From positions 13,127 to 77,126 of the forward strand of contig JAFAPY010000210.1 of assembly GCA_019246795.1 (NCBI GenBank): 64,000 nucleotides of DNA. Direction: 5' to 3'. A program made the position numbers and the translations under genes. Shown piece by piece: positions 1-8,469 of this stretch. The stretch is from Streptosporangiaceae bacterium (lineage in GTDB: Bacteria > Actinomycetota > Actinomycetes > Streptosporangiales > Streptosporangiaceae). Each line of letters opens with the position of its first letter. Positions within the stretch are counted from its first letter, which is position 1. The notes beneath the pieces are model-generated. The model did no database searches, was not told the origin of the DNA, and saw nothing but the letters and a program-made list of their open reading frames with translations.

Positions 1-1
1 C

Positions 2-1528
2 GACGGCCAGTCCCGTGGCGAGCTGCTGCCGAAGATGTTCGGGCCCGAGCTCGTCCGCGCGTTCGGCGAGATGAAGGACGCCTTCGACCCGGACAACCGG
101 ATGAACCCCGGCAAGGTGGTCCGCCCCTACCGGCTGGACGAGAACCTGGCGCTGCGCGGATGGTTCCCCAGGGAGCCGCAGACGTTCTTCGACTACCCGC
201 AGGACGGCGGCAGGTTCAGCGCCGCGGCATCGCGCTGCGTCGGCGTCGGCAAGTGCCGCGGCGACGAGGGCGGCGTGATGTGCCCGAGCTACCGGGTCAC
301 CAGGGAGGAGGAGCACTCCACCCGGGGCCGGGCCAGGCTGCTGATGGAGATGGTCCGCGGCGAGGTGGTCGCCGACGGGTGGGGATCGGCCGAGGTCCGC
401 GACGCGCTGGACCTGTGCCTGGCGTGCAAGGGCTGCCGCAAGGAATGCCCGGTGGGCGTGGACATGGCCACCTACAAGGCCGAGTTCCTCGCGCACCACT
501 ATGCGGGCCGGGTCAGGCCCGCCGCCCACTACTCGATGGGCTGGCTGCCGGCGATCGCACCCGCGGTGACCACCGTGCCCGGCGTGCCGTCAATGGTGAA
601 CGTGGCCGGCCGTACCCCGGGAATTTCATATCTTGCCAAACGAGCAGGGGGAATCGACCCCCGGCGAGACCTGCCCCGGTTCGCGGGGCAGCGGTTCACC
701 ACGTGGTACCTCCGCCACGGCCCGGGCAGCCTGCCGCAGCCGCGGGCGCCCCGCGGTGTCCGCCGCGGCACGGGCAAACCGCGTGTCGTGCTGTGGCCGG
801 ACACGTTCAGTAACTACTTCCATCCCGAGATACCGAAGGCGGCGCTGGCCGTGCTGCAGCGGGCGGGCTTCGCGGTCCAGGTGCCGACACGGCCGCTGTG
901 CTGCGGGCTGACCTGGATCTCCACCGGCCAGCTCGGCGTGGCCCGCCGGGTGCTGCGCCGTACCGTCAAGGCGCTGCTGCCCGACCTGAGGGCGGGCGTC
1001 CCGGTGGTGGTGCTGGAGCCGAGCTGCGCAGCGGTGTTCCGCGCCGACGCGGCGGAGCTGCTGGGCAGCGACAACGCCCGGCTGCTCGGCGACCGGACCA
1101 AGACACTGGCCGAGCTGCTCACCGAGGTCGGCTGGCAGCCCGAAGGGCTGCTGCAGGCGCTCGGCCGCGAAGGCGACGCCGGGGTGCGCGCGCACGCTAT
1201 CGCGCAGGTGCACTGCCACCAGCACGCGATCATGGGCTTCGATCCCGACGCGGAGCTGCTGCGCCGCTGCGGCGTGGACCTCGAGGTGCTGGACGCCGGC
1301 TGCTGCGGCCTGGCCGGGAACTTCGGCTTCGAGCGCGGGCACTACGATGTGTCGGTCGCCTGCGCCGAGCGGGGGCTGTGGCCGGCGGCTCGCGCGGCGG
1401 ACCCGCGGACCGTGGTGCTGGCCGACGGCTTTTCCTGCCGCACCCAGCTGGCGGCGGGCCGCACCGGACGCCAGGGATGGCACCTGGCGCAACTGCTTGA
1501 CCAGATCACGTCAGGCTCATCGCCCTAG
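2..1528 (+). CDS. FAD-linked oxidase fused to (Fe-S)/CCG-domain protein (GlcD/GlcF-like), 5' end outside window
   Basis: Frame is open from nt 2 (DGQSRGELLPKMFGPE...), so the M at 35 is internal. Cys clusters CVGVGKCRGDEGGVMCP and CLACKGCRKECPVG. CCG motifs PLCCGLTW and GCCGLAGNFGF. Confidence 0.8.
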   Translation, partial: DGQSRGELLPKMFGPELVRAFGEMKDAFDPDNRMNPGKVVRPYRLDENLALRGWFPREPQTFFDYPQDGGRFSAAASRCVGVGKCRGDEGGVMCPSYRVTREEEHSTRGRARLLMEMVRGEVVADGWGSAEVRDALDLCLACKGCRKECPVGVDMATYKAEFLAHHYAGRVRPAAHYSMGWLPAIAPAVTTVPGVPSMVNVAGRTPGISYLAKRAGGIDPRRDLPRFAGQRFTTWYLRHGPGSLPQPRAPRGVRRGTGKPRVVLWPDTFSNYFHPEIPKAALAVLQRAGFAVQVPTRPLCCGLTWISTGQLGVARRVLRRTVKALLPDLRAGVPVVVLEPSCAAVFRADAAELLGSDNARLLGDRTKTLAELLTEVGWQPEGLLQALGREGDAGVRAHAIAQVHCHQHAIMGFDPDAELLRRCGVDLEVLDAGCCGLAGNFGFERGHYDVSVACAERGLWPAARAADPRTVVLADGFSCRTQLAAGRTGRQGWHLAQLLDQITSGSSP

Positions 1529-1552
1529 CGATGCCAGGAGGAAAGATCCGTC

Positions 1553-1849
1553 ATGACGCTCACCTTGTCCGTCATCATCGCGTGGCTCGTCATCGGGCTG
1601 GTGATCGGCGGGCTCGCGCGGCTGGTGGTACCCGGCCGCCAGCACATCGGGCTGCTGCTGACCATGCTCATCGGCATCGTGGCCGCGCTGATCGGGGGCA
1701 TCATCACCACCGCCATCCTCGGCGCCGGGCACTCGGTGATCTCGTTCATCGTCGCGCTCGTCGCGGCCGCGCTGCTCGTCAGCGCGTTCACCACCCGCGG
1801 TTACCGGCGCTACCGCGGTTCCCGCGGCCGTCGCTGGCTGCGCTGGTAG
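1553..1849 (+). CDS. GlsB/YeaQ/YmgE-family stress-response membrane protein
   Basis: 98 aa, three Gly-rich TM helices (IIAWLVIGLVIGGLARLVVPG...). AGGAGG-like RBS (ccaggaggaaag) upstream. Confidence 0.8.
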   Translation: MTLTLSVIIAWLVIGLVIGGLARLVVPGRQHIGLLLTMLIGIVAALIGGIITTAILGAGHSVISFIVALVAAALLVSAFTTRGYRRYRGSRGRRWLRW

Positions 1850-1915
1850 CCGGAACTGGCAGGCCCGCCGGGCAACGGCGCCCGGCGGCCCTCCTTGTGC
1901 CACTAGGCTGCAGGC

Positions 1916-3805
1916 ATGTCGCACGAGACCTGGCCGAACGGCTTCGCCGACCTGGCGGACCTGGCGAGGCGGTGCCAGGCTCTCCACCATGCCTCGGCGT
2001 TGCCAGGCGCGGATCACAAGACCCTGCTTGCCGCGGCCTTCGCCGAACTCGACGCCGCGGTGGAGGCGCTGACCAAGCTGGCGATGCGCGACGAGGACGG
2101 CACCGGCGACGCGGAAGCCACGGCGGGCAGGCCGGACGGGCTCAGCGCCGAGCGGACCCTGCTCCGGGCCGTGTTCCAGCACGCACCGGCGCCGCTGTTC
2201 CTGCTCGAGCAGGACGGCACGATCCGGCGCGCGAACGCACGCGCCGGCGAGCTGATCGGCACGCCGCCCGGGTATGCGACCGGCAAGCCGCTGACCGCGT
2301 TCGTCGACCTGCCATCGCGTGCCGCGGTGGCCAGCCATCTGGCCGCCGCCGCGCGCACGGGTGAGTCCAGGCAGGTGGAGTGCACGCTGCTCGGCCCCGC
2401 CGACCCGGCCCGGATCGCCCTCGCTGTCGGCGTCGTCACGCTGCGCGATGACACCAGGCTGCTCGTCGCCGCCGCCGCGCCGGGTCACGGGGCCAGCGCG
2501 CAGCCGCCCCCGCCCGGGCCCCCGGCCCGTGTGGACGCGGTGCAGGCCATGACGCGCAGGATGGACACGGTGACGGCGGTCACCAGGCTGCTGCTGGACA
2601 ACAGCACGTTCAGCGAGGCGGTCACGCTGCAGCGCTGCGCCAGGTTGCTGGCCGGCGCCGTCGGCAGCTGGGCGATCGTCGACATGGACCGGGCGGGCCG
2701 ACTGCGCCGGCAGTTCGTGGTCGGCCCGCACGACGACCCGGCGGCGGAACTGACCAGGACGGTGCGCGCCGTCGACCCGCAGCCGGGCACGGTGGCGGCC
2801 CAGGTGCATTCCGCGGGCAAGGCAGTGCTGCTGGCGTACGCGGAGGATCCGGGGATCCTCGGCGCCGCCGCGGACGGGACGCCGCTGTCGCTGCTGCTCG
2901 GCGTGACGTCGCTGCTCAGCGTCCCGATTTCCGATGAGGGCACGGGCTATGGCGTGCTGACGCTGGCCCGCGTGGCCGGGGAGGGGCCCTTCCAGATCGC
3001 CGACCTGGCGCTGGCCGAGGAACTGGGCCAGCACCTCGGCGTCGCGATCCGGGTCGACCGGATGTTCCGGCACCGTTCGTCGGTGGCCGAGGCGCTGGCG
3101 GGAAGCCTCCTCCCGGCCCGGCTGCCGGACGTGCCCTGGCTCGACCTGTCCGCGGCGTACCTGCCGGCCAGCGAGGGAATGGAGGTCAGCGGCGATTTCT
3201 ACGACGTGTTCCCGGTCACCGGCGGCTGGGCGATCACCATCGGCGATGTCTGCGGCAAGGGGCAGGAGGCCGCCGCGATGACCGCAGCGGCACGGCACGC
3301 GATCCGGGTTCTGGCGCACTCGAATCCGGATCCGGCCGACGTGCTGGCCAAGGCAAACGAGATCATGCTGGCCGGTGACTACGAGGACCGCTTCGTCACC
3401 GCGAAGCTCGCCTACTTGCGCGCAGCAGACGGCGGAACCGTGCGGGTGACGCTGGCCAGCTCGGGCCATCCCGGACCCGCCGTGGTCCGGCCGGACGGGC
3501 GGGTCGACCTGCTGTCCGGCGGCGGCTTCCCGCTCGGCCTGTTCCCCGACGCGGAACCGGACACCGAGGTCCTGGAGCTTGCCGAGGGAGACCTGATCTT
3601 GTTCTACTCCGACGGAGTCACCGACGCGCGCAGCGCGGACATGCGCTACTTCGAGGAACGGCTGGCAGACGAGCTGGCCGGGCTGGCAGACAGCAGCGCC
3701 GCCGAGACCGCCCGGATGGTCCAGGGCCTCGTCACCGGCTTTTCCTCCGGCGAGCTACGCGACGACATGACGATCCTGGTCGCCAAGGTAAGGGCGCAGG
3801 CCTGA
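1916..3805 (+). CDS. PAS-GAF-PP2C (SpoIIE-family) protein serine/threonine phosphatase
   Basis: PAS-like N-terminal part (FLLEQDGTIRRANARAGELIG), central GAF-like part. C-terminal SpoIIE signature (SGDFYDVF...IGDVCGKG...LFYSDGVTDA...RDDMTILV). Confidence 0.85.
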   Translation: MSHETWPNGFADLADLARRCQALHHASALPGADHKTLLAAAFAELDAAVEALTKLAMRDEDGTGDAEATAGRPDGLSAERTLLRAVFQHAPAPLFLLEQDGTIRRANARAGELIGTPPGYATGKPLTAFVDLPSRAAVASHLAAAARTGESRQVECTLLGPADPARIALAVGVVTLRDDTRLLVAAAAPGHGASAQPPPPGPPARVDAVQAMTRRMDTVTAVTRLLLDNSTFSEAVTLQRCARLLAGAVGSWAIVDMDRAGRLRRQFVVGPHDDPAAELTRTVRAVDPQPGTVAAQVHSAGKAVLLAYAEDPGILGAAADGTPLSLLLGVTSLLSVPISDEGTGYGVLTLARVAGEGPFQIADLALAEELGQHLGVAIRVDRMFRHRSSVAEALAGSLLPARLPDVPWLDLSAAYLPASEGMEVSGDFYDVFPVTGGWAITIGDVCGKGQEAAAMTAAARHAIRVLAHSNPDPADVLAKANEIMLAGDYEDRFVTAKLAYLRAADGGTVRVTLASSGHPGPAVVRPDGRVDLLSGGGFPLGLFPDAEPDTEVLELAEGDLILFYSDGVTDARSADMRYFEERLADELAGLADSSAAETARMVQGLVTGFSSGELRDDMTILVAKVRAQA

Positions 3806-3814
3806 CCCTCCGGA

Positions 3815-3864
3815 GCTCAGTGCTTGCCGGAGCGCGCGCGTCGGGCAGGCCGCCGCGCGGCCGC
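3815..3864 (-). repeat. Copy A of a dispersed ~50-bp GC-rich hairpin repeat located just 3' of a stop codon
   Basis: gctcagtgcttgccggagcgcgcgcgtcgggcaggccgccgcgcggccgc matches 57077-57126 with 2 mismatches. It also matches, in reverse orientation, the core of 20123-20170. Folds as a GC-rich stem (GCTTGCCGG...CGGGCAGGC). Confidence 0.7.
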
Positions 3865-3872
3865 GCGGCCGT

Positions 3873-4256
3873 TCATTCCTCGTAGACGTCCTCGATGACC
3901 TCGGTGTCGCGGGGCAGCACCTCGCGCTGCGCCTCCGGGTTGCTGGGGGCATCCGGGTCATCAAGCACGCCGGGGGCGGGCAGCCCGGCCCGCACCCGGG
4001 TGTTGGCTGGGTTCCGGTTCACCGTGGTCGGGTAGATGACCTCTTCCACACCGCGGCCACGCCGTCGGGTCTGCCGGACGGACAGCCGCCGGCCGACCCA
4101 CTGATAGCCGCGGCGCGGCAGCGCCAGGCCGAGCAGGCCGATGAGCATGATCACCCAGCCGGCGGTGTGCAGGTCGAAGACGGAGGTGTTCGCCCTTACG
4201 GCGAACGCCAGGATCGCTCCAACGCCGATCAGCGCCAGTCCCACGCCGGTCTTCAT
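3873..4256 (-). CDS. Small membrane protein (DUF6458-like), probably co-transcribed with the upstream sigma factor
   Basis: 127 aa, two N-terminal TM helices (GLALIGVGAILAFAV, WVIMLIGLLGLAL), acidic C-terminus. Starts only 22 nt after the sigma gene stop. Confidence 0.65.
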   Translation of the reverse strand: MKTGVGLALIGVGAILAFAVRANTSVFDLHTAGWVIMLIGLLGLALPRRGYQWVGRRLSVRQTRRRGRGVEEVIYPTTVNRNPANTRVRAGLPAPGVLDDPDAPSNPEAQREVLPRDTEVIEDVYEE

Positions 4257-4278
4257 AATTGACCCCTCCGCTGCATCA

Positions 4279-5175
4279 TCATACCGCGGCCGGCGAATCG
4301 CAGGGCTCGGCCGGATCGAGCAGGCGGTTTCTCAGGTGCGCCAGCGCCCGCGCGAGCAGCCTGGAGACGTGCATCTGGGAAATGCCCAGCCGCTCGCCGA
4401 TCTCGGTCTGGGTGAGGTTGCCGTAAAAGCGCATGACCAGGATCCGCTGCTCGCGTTCCGGCAGCTCGTCCCAGTGGGCGTTGACGGCTTCCATGTCGAT
4501 CGTGTGCGAGACGCCCGGGTCGTCGTCGCCGAGAATGTCCGCGAGCAGGGCCGGGTCGTCACGGTCCGACAGCGGCGCGTCAAGCGAGTACGTGCTGAAC
4601 ACCAGGTCCGCCTGGCGGGCCTCCAGCATGTCGTCCTGGCTGACGCCCAGCCGCTCGGCAAGCTCGTCCTCCGCGGGCGCCCGGCCGAGCTGCTGGGTCA
4701 GCTCCTCGTTGGCCTTGCGCAGTTCCAGCAGCAGCTCCTGGGCGGACCGGCGCACGTGGATCTGCCACCGCTTGTCACGGAAGTGGCGCTTGATCTCGCC
4801 GCTGACGCAGGGCTGGGCGTAGGCGGACAGGCTGTCGCCAACCTCCGGGTCGTAGTTGTTGATGGCCTTGAGCAGGCCGACGTACCCGACCTGCATGAGG
4901 TCCTCGGTGGGCTCCGGGCTGCCCCGGTACTGCCGCACGCAGGAGCGGACCAGCTTGGCGTAGCGCTCGACGAGGATCTCGCACGCAGCCGCGCGCAGCT
5001 CGCTGTCCCGCGGCAGCGCGCGCACCTTGGCCAGCAGCTCGTTATCTGACAGCTCCTTGAGCTGCGCCCGCGACCACGGCACCGCGTCGTCCCCGGTGCC
5101 GGATCCGGTGATGCCCGACGAGGGCTCCGCGGCGAGCGTTCGGCTCGCGCGGGCCCTGTGGGTTGCCTGCGTCAA
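4279..5175 (-). CDS. SigB/SigF/SigG-family RNA polymerase sigma factor
   Basis: Regions 2-4 recognisable (DLMQVGYVGLLKAINNYDPEVG, YAQPCVSGEIKRHFRDKRW, LTQTEIGERLGISQMHVSRLL). Proposed TTG start at 5175 has GAAGGAGAG 6 nt upstream. The ORF is open up to 5424, so the start is uncertain. Confidence 0.85.
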   Translation of the reverse strand: MTQATHRARASRTLAAEPSSGITGSGTGDDAVPWSRAQLKELSDNELLAKVRALPRDSELRAAACEILVERYAKLVRSCVRQYRGSPEPTEDLMQVGYVGLLKAINNYDPEVGDSLSAYAQPCVSGEIKRHFRDKRWQIHVRRSAQELLLELRKANEELTQQLGRAPAEDELAERLGVSQDDMLEARQADLVFSTYSLDAPLSDRDDPALLADILGDDDPGVSHTIDMEAVNAHWDELPEREQRILVMRFYGNLTQTEIGERLGISQMHVSRLLARALAHLRNRLLDPAEPCDSPAAV

Positions 5176-5345
5176 CGTGGCCTCTCCTTCGACCCCCCGC
5201 AATGAACGGACACCTGCGGTGTGCCCGGCCGGTGTGCGATAAACATAGGCGGATGTGATCTTGGTCACGACTATCCCGGCGCTCGCACAGCCTTGGTCAC
5301 ATACACCCCGACAGTAGCGCTGGACGCGAGGGTCGGGCGGAGAAA

Positions 5346-5361
5346 TTTGCGGTACCGCAAA
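5346..5361. promoter_or_regulatory. Perfect 16-bp palindrome TTTGCGGTACCGCAAA in the sigma/whiB divergent intergenic region (candidate operator)
   Basis: Read directly. Lies between the divergent starts at 5175 (-) and 5486 (+). Confidence 0.5.
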
Positions 5362-5485
5362 GGTGTAGCCCGCCGGCGCGGGGGAAGCGAAGTGGCTGCT
5401 GGAAGCGCTGTTCAAAGAGGGCATGCCGCCAGCGGCGGGCGGCGCGGCCGCAGGATCAGCTCAGACCCTCACGAGGACGTAAACG

Positions 5486-5821
5486 ATGACCGAAACCGGG
5501 AGCTCCGGCAACTGGCGGATGATGGGCGCCTGCCTGTCAGCGGACCCCGATCTTTTCTTCCCCATTTCGGCCGCAGGCCCGGCGCTGCGGCAGACCGAGC
5601 AGGCCAAGGCGATCTGTTCTGGGTGTAGGGTGCGTCAGGAATGCCTGCAGTTCGCGCTGTCGCACGACCAGCTGTACGGCATCTGGGGCGGCACCACCCC
5701 CGACGACCGCCAGCGGTACCGGCGCCGCCAGCGCCGCCGGGCCGCGGCAGCCGCCGCGGCGGCCGCAACCGCGGCCCCCGCGCGGCCGGCGCCACCGCGA
5801 AAGCGCGCCGTCACCGTCTAG
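5486..5821 (+). CDS. WhiB-family (Wbl) transcriptional regulator
   Basis: Four-Cys pattern C-X29-CSGC-X5-C. Also the G(I/V)WGG turn (LYGIWGGTTPDDR) and a basic C-tail. Confidence 0.9.
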   Translation: MTETGSSGNWRMMGACLSADPDLFFPISAAGPALRQTEQAKAICSGCRVRQECLQFALSHDQLYGIWGGTTPDDRQRYRRRQRRRAAAAAAAAATAAPARPAPPRKRAVTV

Positions 5822-5894
5822 CGGCCGGTGCGGCCACGCGGCCATCCCGCAAGCCCTCTGAAATGCCGCCGCGACGACAGGCCAAGGAGGTCAC

Positions 5895-6920
5895 GTGAGC
5901 CAGACCGTTGCCATTACCGGCGCGAGCGCGGGCATCGGCCGCGCGACGGCGCGGTTGTTCGCCGCGCGCGGCGCGCGGGTGGGGCTGATCGCGAGGGGCA
6001 AGGCGGGGCTGGACGGGGCCGCGCGGGACGTGCAGCAGGCCGGAGGCACCCCGCTGGCCGTCCCCGCGGACGTGTCCGACTTCGCCGAGGTCGACGCCGC
6101 CGCCCGCCAGATCGAAGATGCCCTCGGCCCGATCGACGTATGGGTCAACGTGGCGTTCACGTCGGTGTTCGCCCCGTTCGCTGAGATCACCCCGGAGGAG
6201 TTCCGGCGCGTCACCGAGGTAAGCTACCTCGGCTTCGTGCACGGGACCATGGCCGCGCTGGCCCGGATGCGGCCGCGGGACCGCGGCGTCATCGTCCAGG
6301 TCGGCTCGGCGCTCGGCGAGCGGAGCATCCCGCTGCAGTCGGCCTACTGCGGGGCCAAGCACGCCATCAACGGGTTCACCTCCTCGCTGCGCTGCGAGCT
6401 GCTGCACGACAAGTCCGGCGTGCACGTCACCGTGGTGCAGATGCCCGCGGTCAACACGCCGCAGTTCTCCTGGGTGCGGTCCCGGCTGCCCAGGCATCCG
6501 CAGCCGGTGCCGCCGATTTACCAGCCGGAGGTGGCGGCCAGGGCCGTGGTCTACGCCGCCGACCACCCGCGCCGCAGGCAGTACCTGGCCGGGGGATCCA
6601 CCGCGGCGACGGTGCTGGCCAACCGGGTCGTGCCGGCGCTGCTTGACAGGTACCTGGCCAAGACCGGCTACTCCTCTCAGCAGACCAGCGGCACCGAGCA
6701 TCCCGGCAGGCCCAACAACCTGTGGCACCCCGTGGATCAGCCGCAGGGCAGCGACCACGGCGCGCACGGGGCTTTCGACGAGAAGTCGCACCCGCGCAGC
6801 GCGCAGCTGGGCCTGGCGCACCATCCGGTCGCGGCCACGGCGGCCGGCGCGACAGCGGCGGCCGCCGTGGCCGTCGGCGCCGCGCGCGCCATCAGGGCCC
6901 AGAAAGGCAGGAAGTCATGA
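5895..6920 (+). CDS. SDR-family oxidoreductase
   Basis: ITGASAGIGRA cofactor motif, YCGAK active-site motif. GTG start with AAGGAGG 6 nt upstream. Confidence 0.85.
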   Translation: MSQTVAITGASAGIGRATARLFAARGARVGLIARGKAGLDGAARDVQQAGGTPLAVPADVSDFAEVDAAARQIEDALGPIDVWVNVAFTSVFAPFAEITPEEFRRVTEVSYLGFVHGTMAALARMRPRDRGVIVQVGSALGERSIPLQSAYCGAKHAINGFTSSLRCELLHDKSGVHVTVVQMPAVNTPQFSWVRSRLPRHPQPVPPIYQPEVAARAVVYAADHPRRRQYLAGGSTAATVLANRVVPALLDRYLAKTGYSSQQTSGTEHPGRPNNLWHPVDQPQGSDHGAHGAFDEKSHPRSAQLGLAHHPVAATAAGATAAAAVAVGAARAIRAQKGRKS

Positions 6921-7045
6921 AAGCTGTGGTGTACCAGGGGCCGCACAAGGTCGCGGTGCACGACGTGCCCGATCCGCGGATCGGCTTCGACTTCGCTAAG
7001 CGGACCGGCGGATACACCAAGATCACCGTGCACCCGGCCGCGTGA
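6917..7045 (+). pseudogene. Remnant of a Zn-dependent alcohol/formaldehyde dehydrogenase (in-frame internal deletion, 42 codons left)
   Basis: MKAVVYQGPHKVAVHDVPDPRI (typical MDR N-terminus) joined directly to FDFAKRTGGYTKITVHPAA (typical MDR C-terminus). ATGA overlap with the SDR stop. Confidence 0.6.
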
Positions 7046-8469
7046 TGGCACTGCCTTTTCCGGATGGGCCTTCCCCGGACGGCCGGCTCCGGCTGACCGT
7101 GTTCGGCACTGGCTACCTGGGTACCGCACACGCGGCGTGCATGGCCGACGCCGGGTTCCACGTGCTCGGCGTGGACGCCGACCCGGCCAGGGTCAAGGAG
7201 CTGAGCGCCGGGGAGCCGGGGATATACGAGGCGGGCCTCGCGGTCCTGCTGCGGCGCGGGCTTGCGTCCGGGCGGCTGGCCTTCACCACGTCTTACCGGC
7301 GCGCCGCGGCGTTCGGCGACGTGCACTTCATCTGCGTCGGGACGCCGCAGCGCGCCGACGGCTCGGCCGCGGCCGAGCTGTCCCAGGTGGAAGCCTGCCT
7401 GGACACGCTGGCGCCGCTGCTGGACAAGCCGTGCCTGATCGTGGGCAAGTCCACCGTCCCGGTCGGCACGGCGGCCCGGCTCGCCCGTCGCGGACTGCCC
7501 GGCGGCGCCGAACTCGCCTGGAACCCGGAGTTCCTCCGCGAGGGGCACGCGGTGGCGGACACGCTGCGCCCGGACCGGATCGTGGCCGGAGTCGCCTCGG
7601 CCCGCGCGGAGGCGGTGCTGCGCCGCGTCTACTGGCGCCAGCTCATCGACGGCGTACCGTTCGTGGTGACCGATCTGGCCACCGCCGAGCTGGTCAAGCT
7701 GGCCGCCAACTCGTTCTTGGCGGCCAAGATCTCCTTCGTCAACGCCATGGCTGAGATCTGCGAGATCGTCGGCGCGGACTCCGCCATGCTGGCCCAGGCC
7801 CTCGGCTACGACCCGCGGATCGGCGGCTCCGCGCTGCGTCCCGGGCTCGGTTTCGGCGGCGGCTGCCTGCCTAAGGACACCCGGGCCTTCGCCGGCCAGG
7901 CCGCCGAGCTTGGCGCCGCGCAGCCTGCCGCCCTGCTGCGCTCCGTCGATGCCATCAACACCGGGCGGCGCGATCGCATGGTGCAGCTGGCGGCAGAACT
8001 GGCCGGCGGGTCGCTGGCCGGGACCCGGGTGGGCGTCCTCGGCCTGGCGTTCAAGCCGGGCACCGACGACATCAGGGACTCCCCGGCGATGGCGGTGGCG
8101 ACCGCGGTGAGCGACCTAGGCGCGCTGGTGACCGCCTTCGACCCGGCCGCGATGGACCGGGCGCGGGCGCAGCAGCCCCGGTTCCGCTACGCCCGCTCGG
8201 TGCTCGAGGCGGCGTGCGACGCGGACGTGCTGCTGGTGCTCACCGAATGGCCGCAGTTCGCCGCGGCCGACCCGTGTCAGCTGGCCGCCGTGGTGGCCAG
8301 GCGCAACGTCGCCGACGGGCGGCACGCGCTGGACCCGGCCCGCTGGCAGGCAGCCGGCTGGCGCTACCGCGCGCTGGGCCAGGGCCGCCCGCTGCACCCT
8401 CAGCGGCCGGCGAGCCAGCGTTCCATGCAGGCGAGCAGCTCCTCGGTGTCGACCGGCTTGGTCACGTAG
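7042..8469 (+). CDS. UDP-glucose/GDP-mannose dehydrogenase family protein (UDP-glucose 6-dehydrogenase-like)
   Basis: VFGTGYLGTAHAACMADAG Rossmann motif, catalytic GFGGGCLPKD, FKPGTDDIRDSP. GTG 7042 or ATG 7045 overlaps the upstream stop. The last ~25 codons overlap the convergent kinase gene. Confidence 0.85.
   Translation: MMALPFPDGPSPDGRLRLTVFGTGYLGTAHAACMADAGFHVLGVDADPARVKELSAGEPGIYEAGLAVLLRRGLASGRLAFTTSYRRAAAFGDVHFICVGTPQRADGSAAAELSQVEACLDTLAPLLDKPCLIVGKSTVPVGTAARLARRGLPGGAELAWNPEFLREGHAVADTLRPDRIVAGVASARAEAVLRRVYWRQLIDGVPFVVTDLATAELVKLAANSFLAAKISFVNAMAEICEIVGADSAMLAQALGYDPRIGGSALRPGLGFGGGCLPKDTRAFAGQAAELGAAQPAALLRSVDAINTGRRDRMVQLAAELAGGSLAGTRVGVLGLAFKPGTDDIRDSPAMAVATAVSDLGALVTAFDPAAMDRARAQQPRFRYARSVLEAACDADVLLVLTEWPQFAAADPCQLAAVVARRNVADGRHALDPARWQAAGWRYRALGQGRPLHPQRPASQRSMQASSSSVSTGLVT

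Noticed and set aside
1517-3469. 650-aa minus-strand ORF overlapping the PAS-GAF-PP2C gene
   Set aside because: Arg/Gly/Pro/His-rich and low-complexity, with no recognisable motifs. It is antisense to a gene with clear SpoIIE motifs, a typical shadow ORF in GC-rich DNA.
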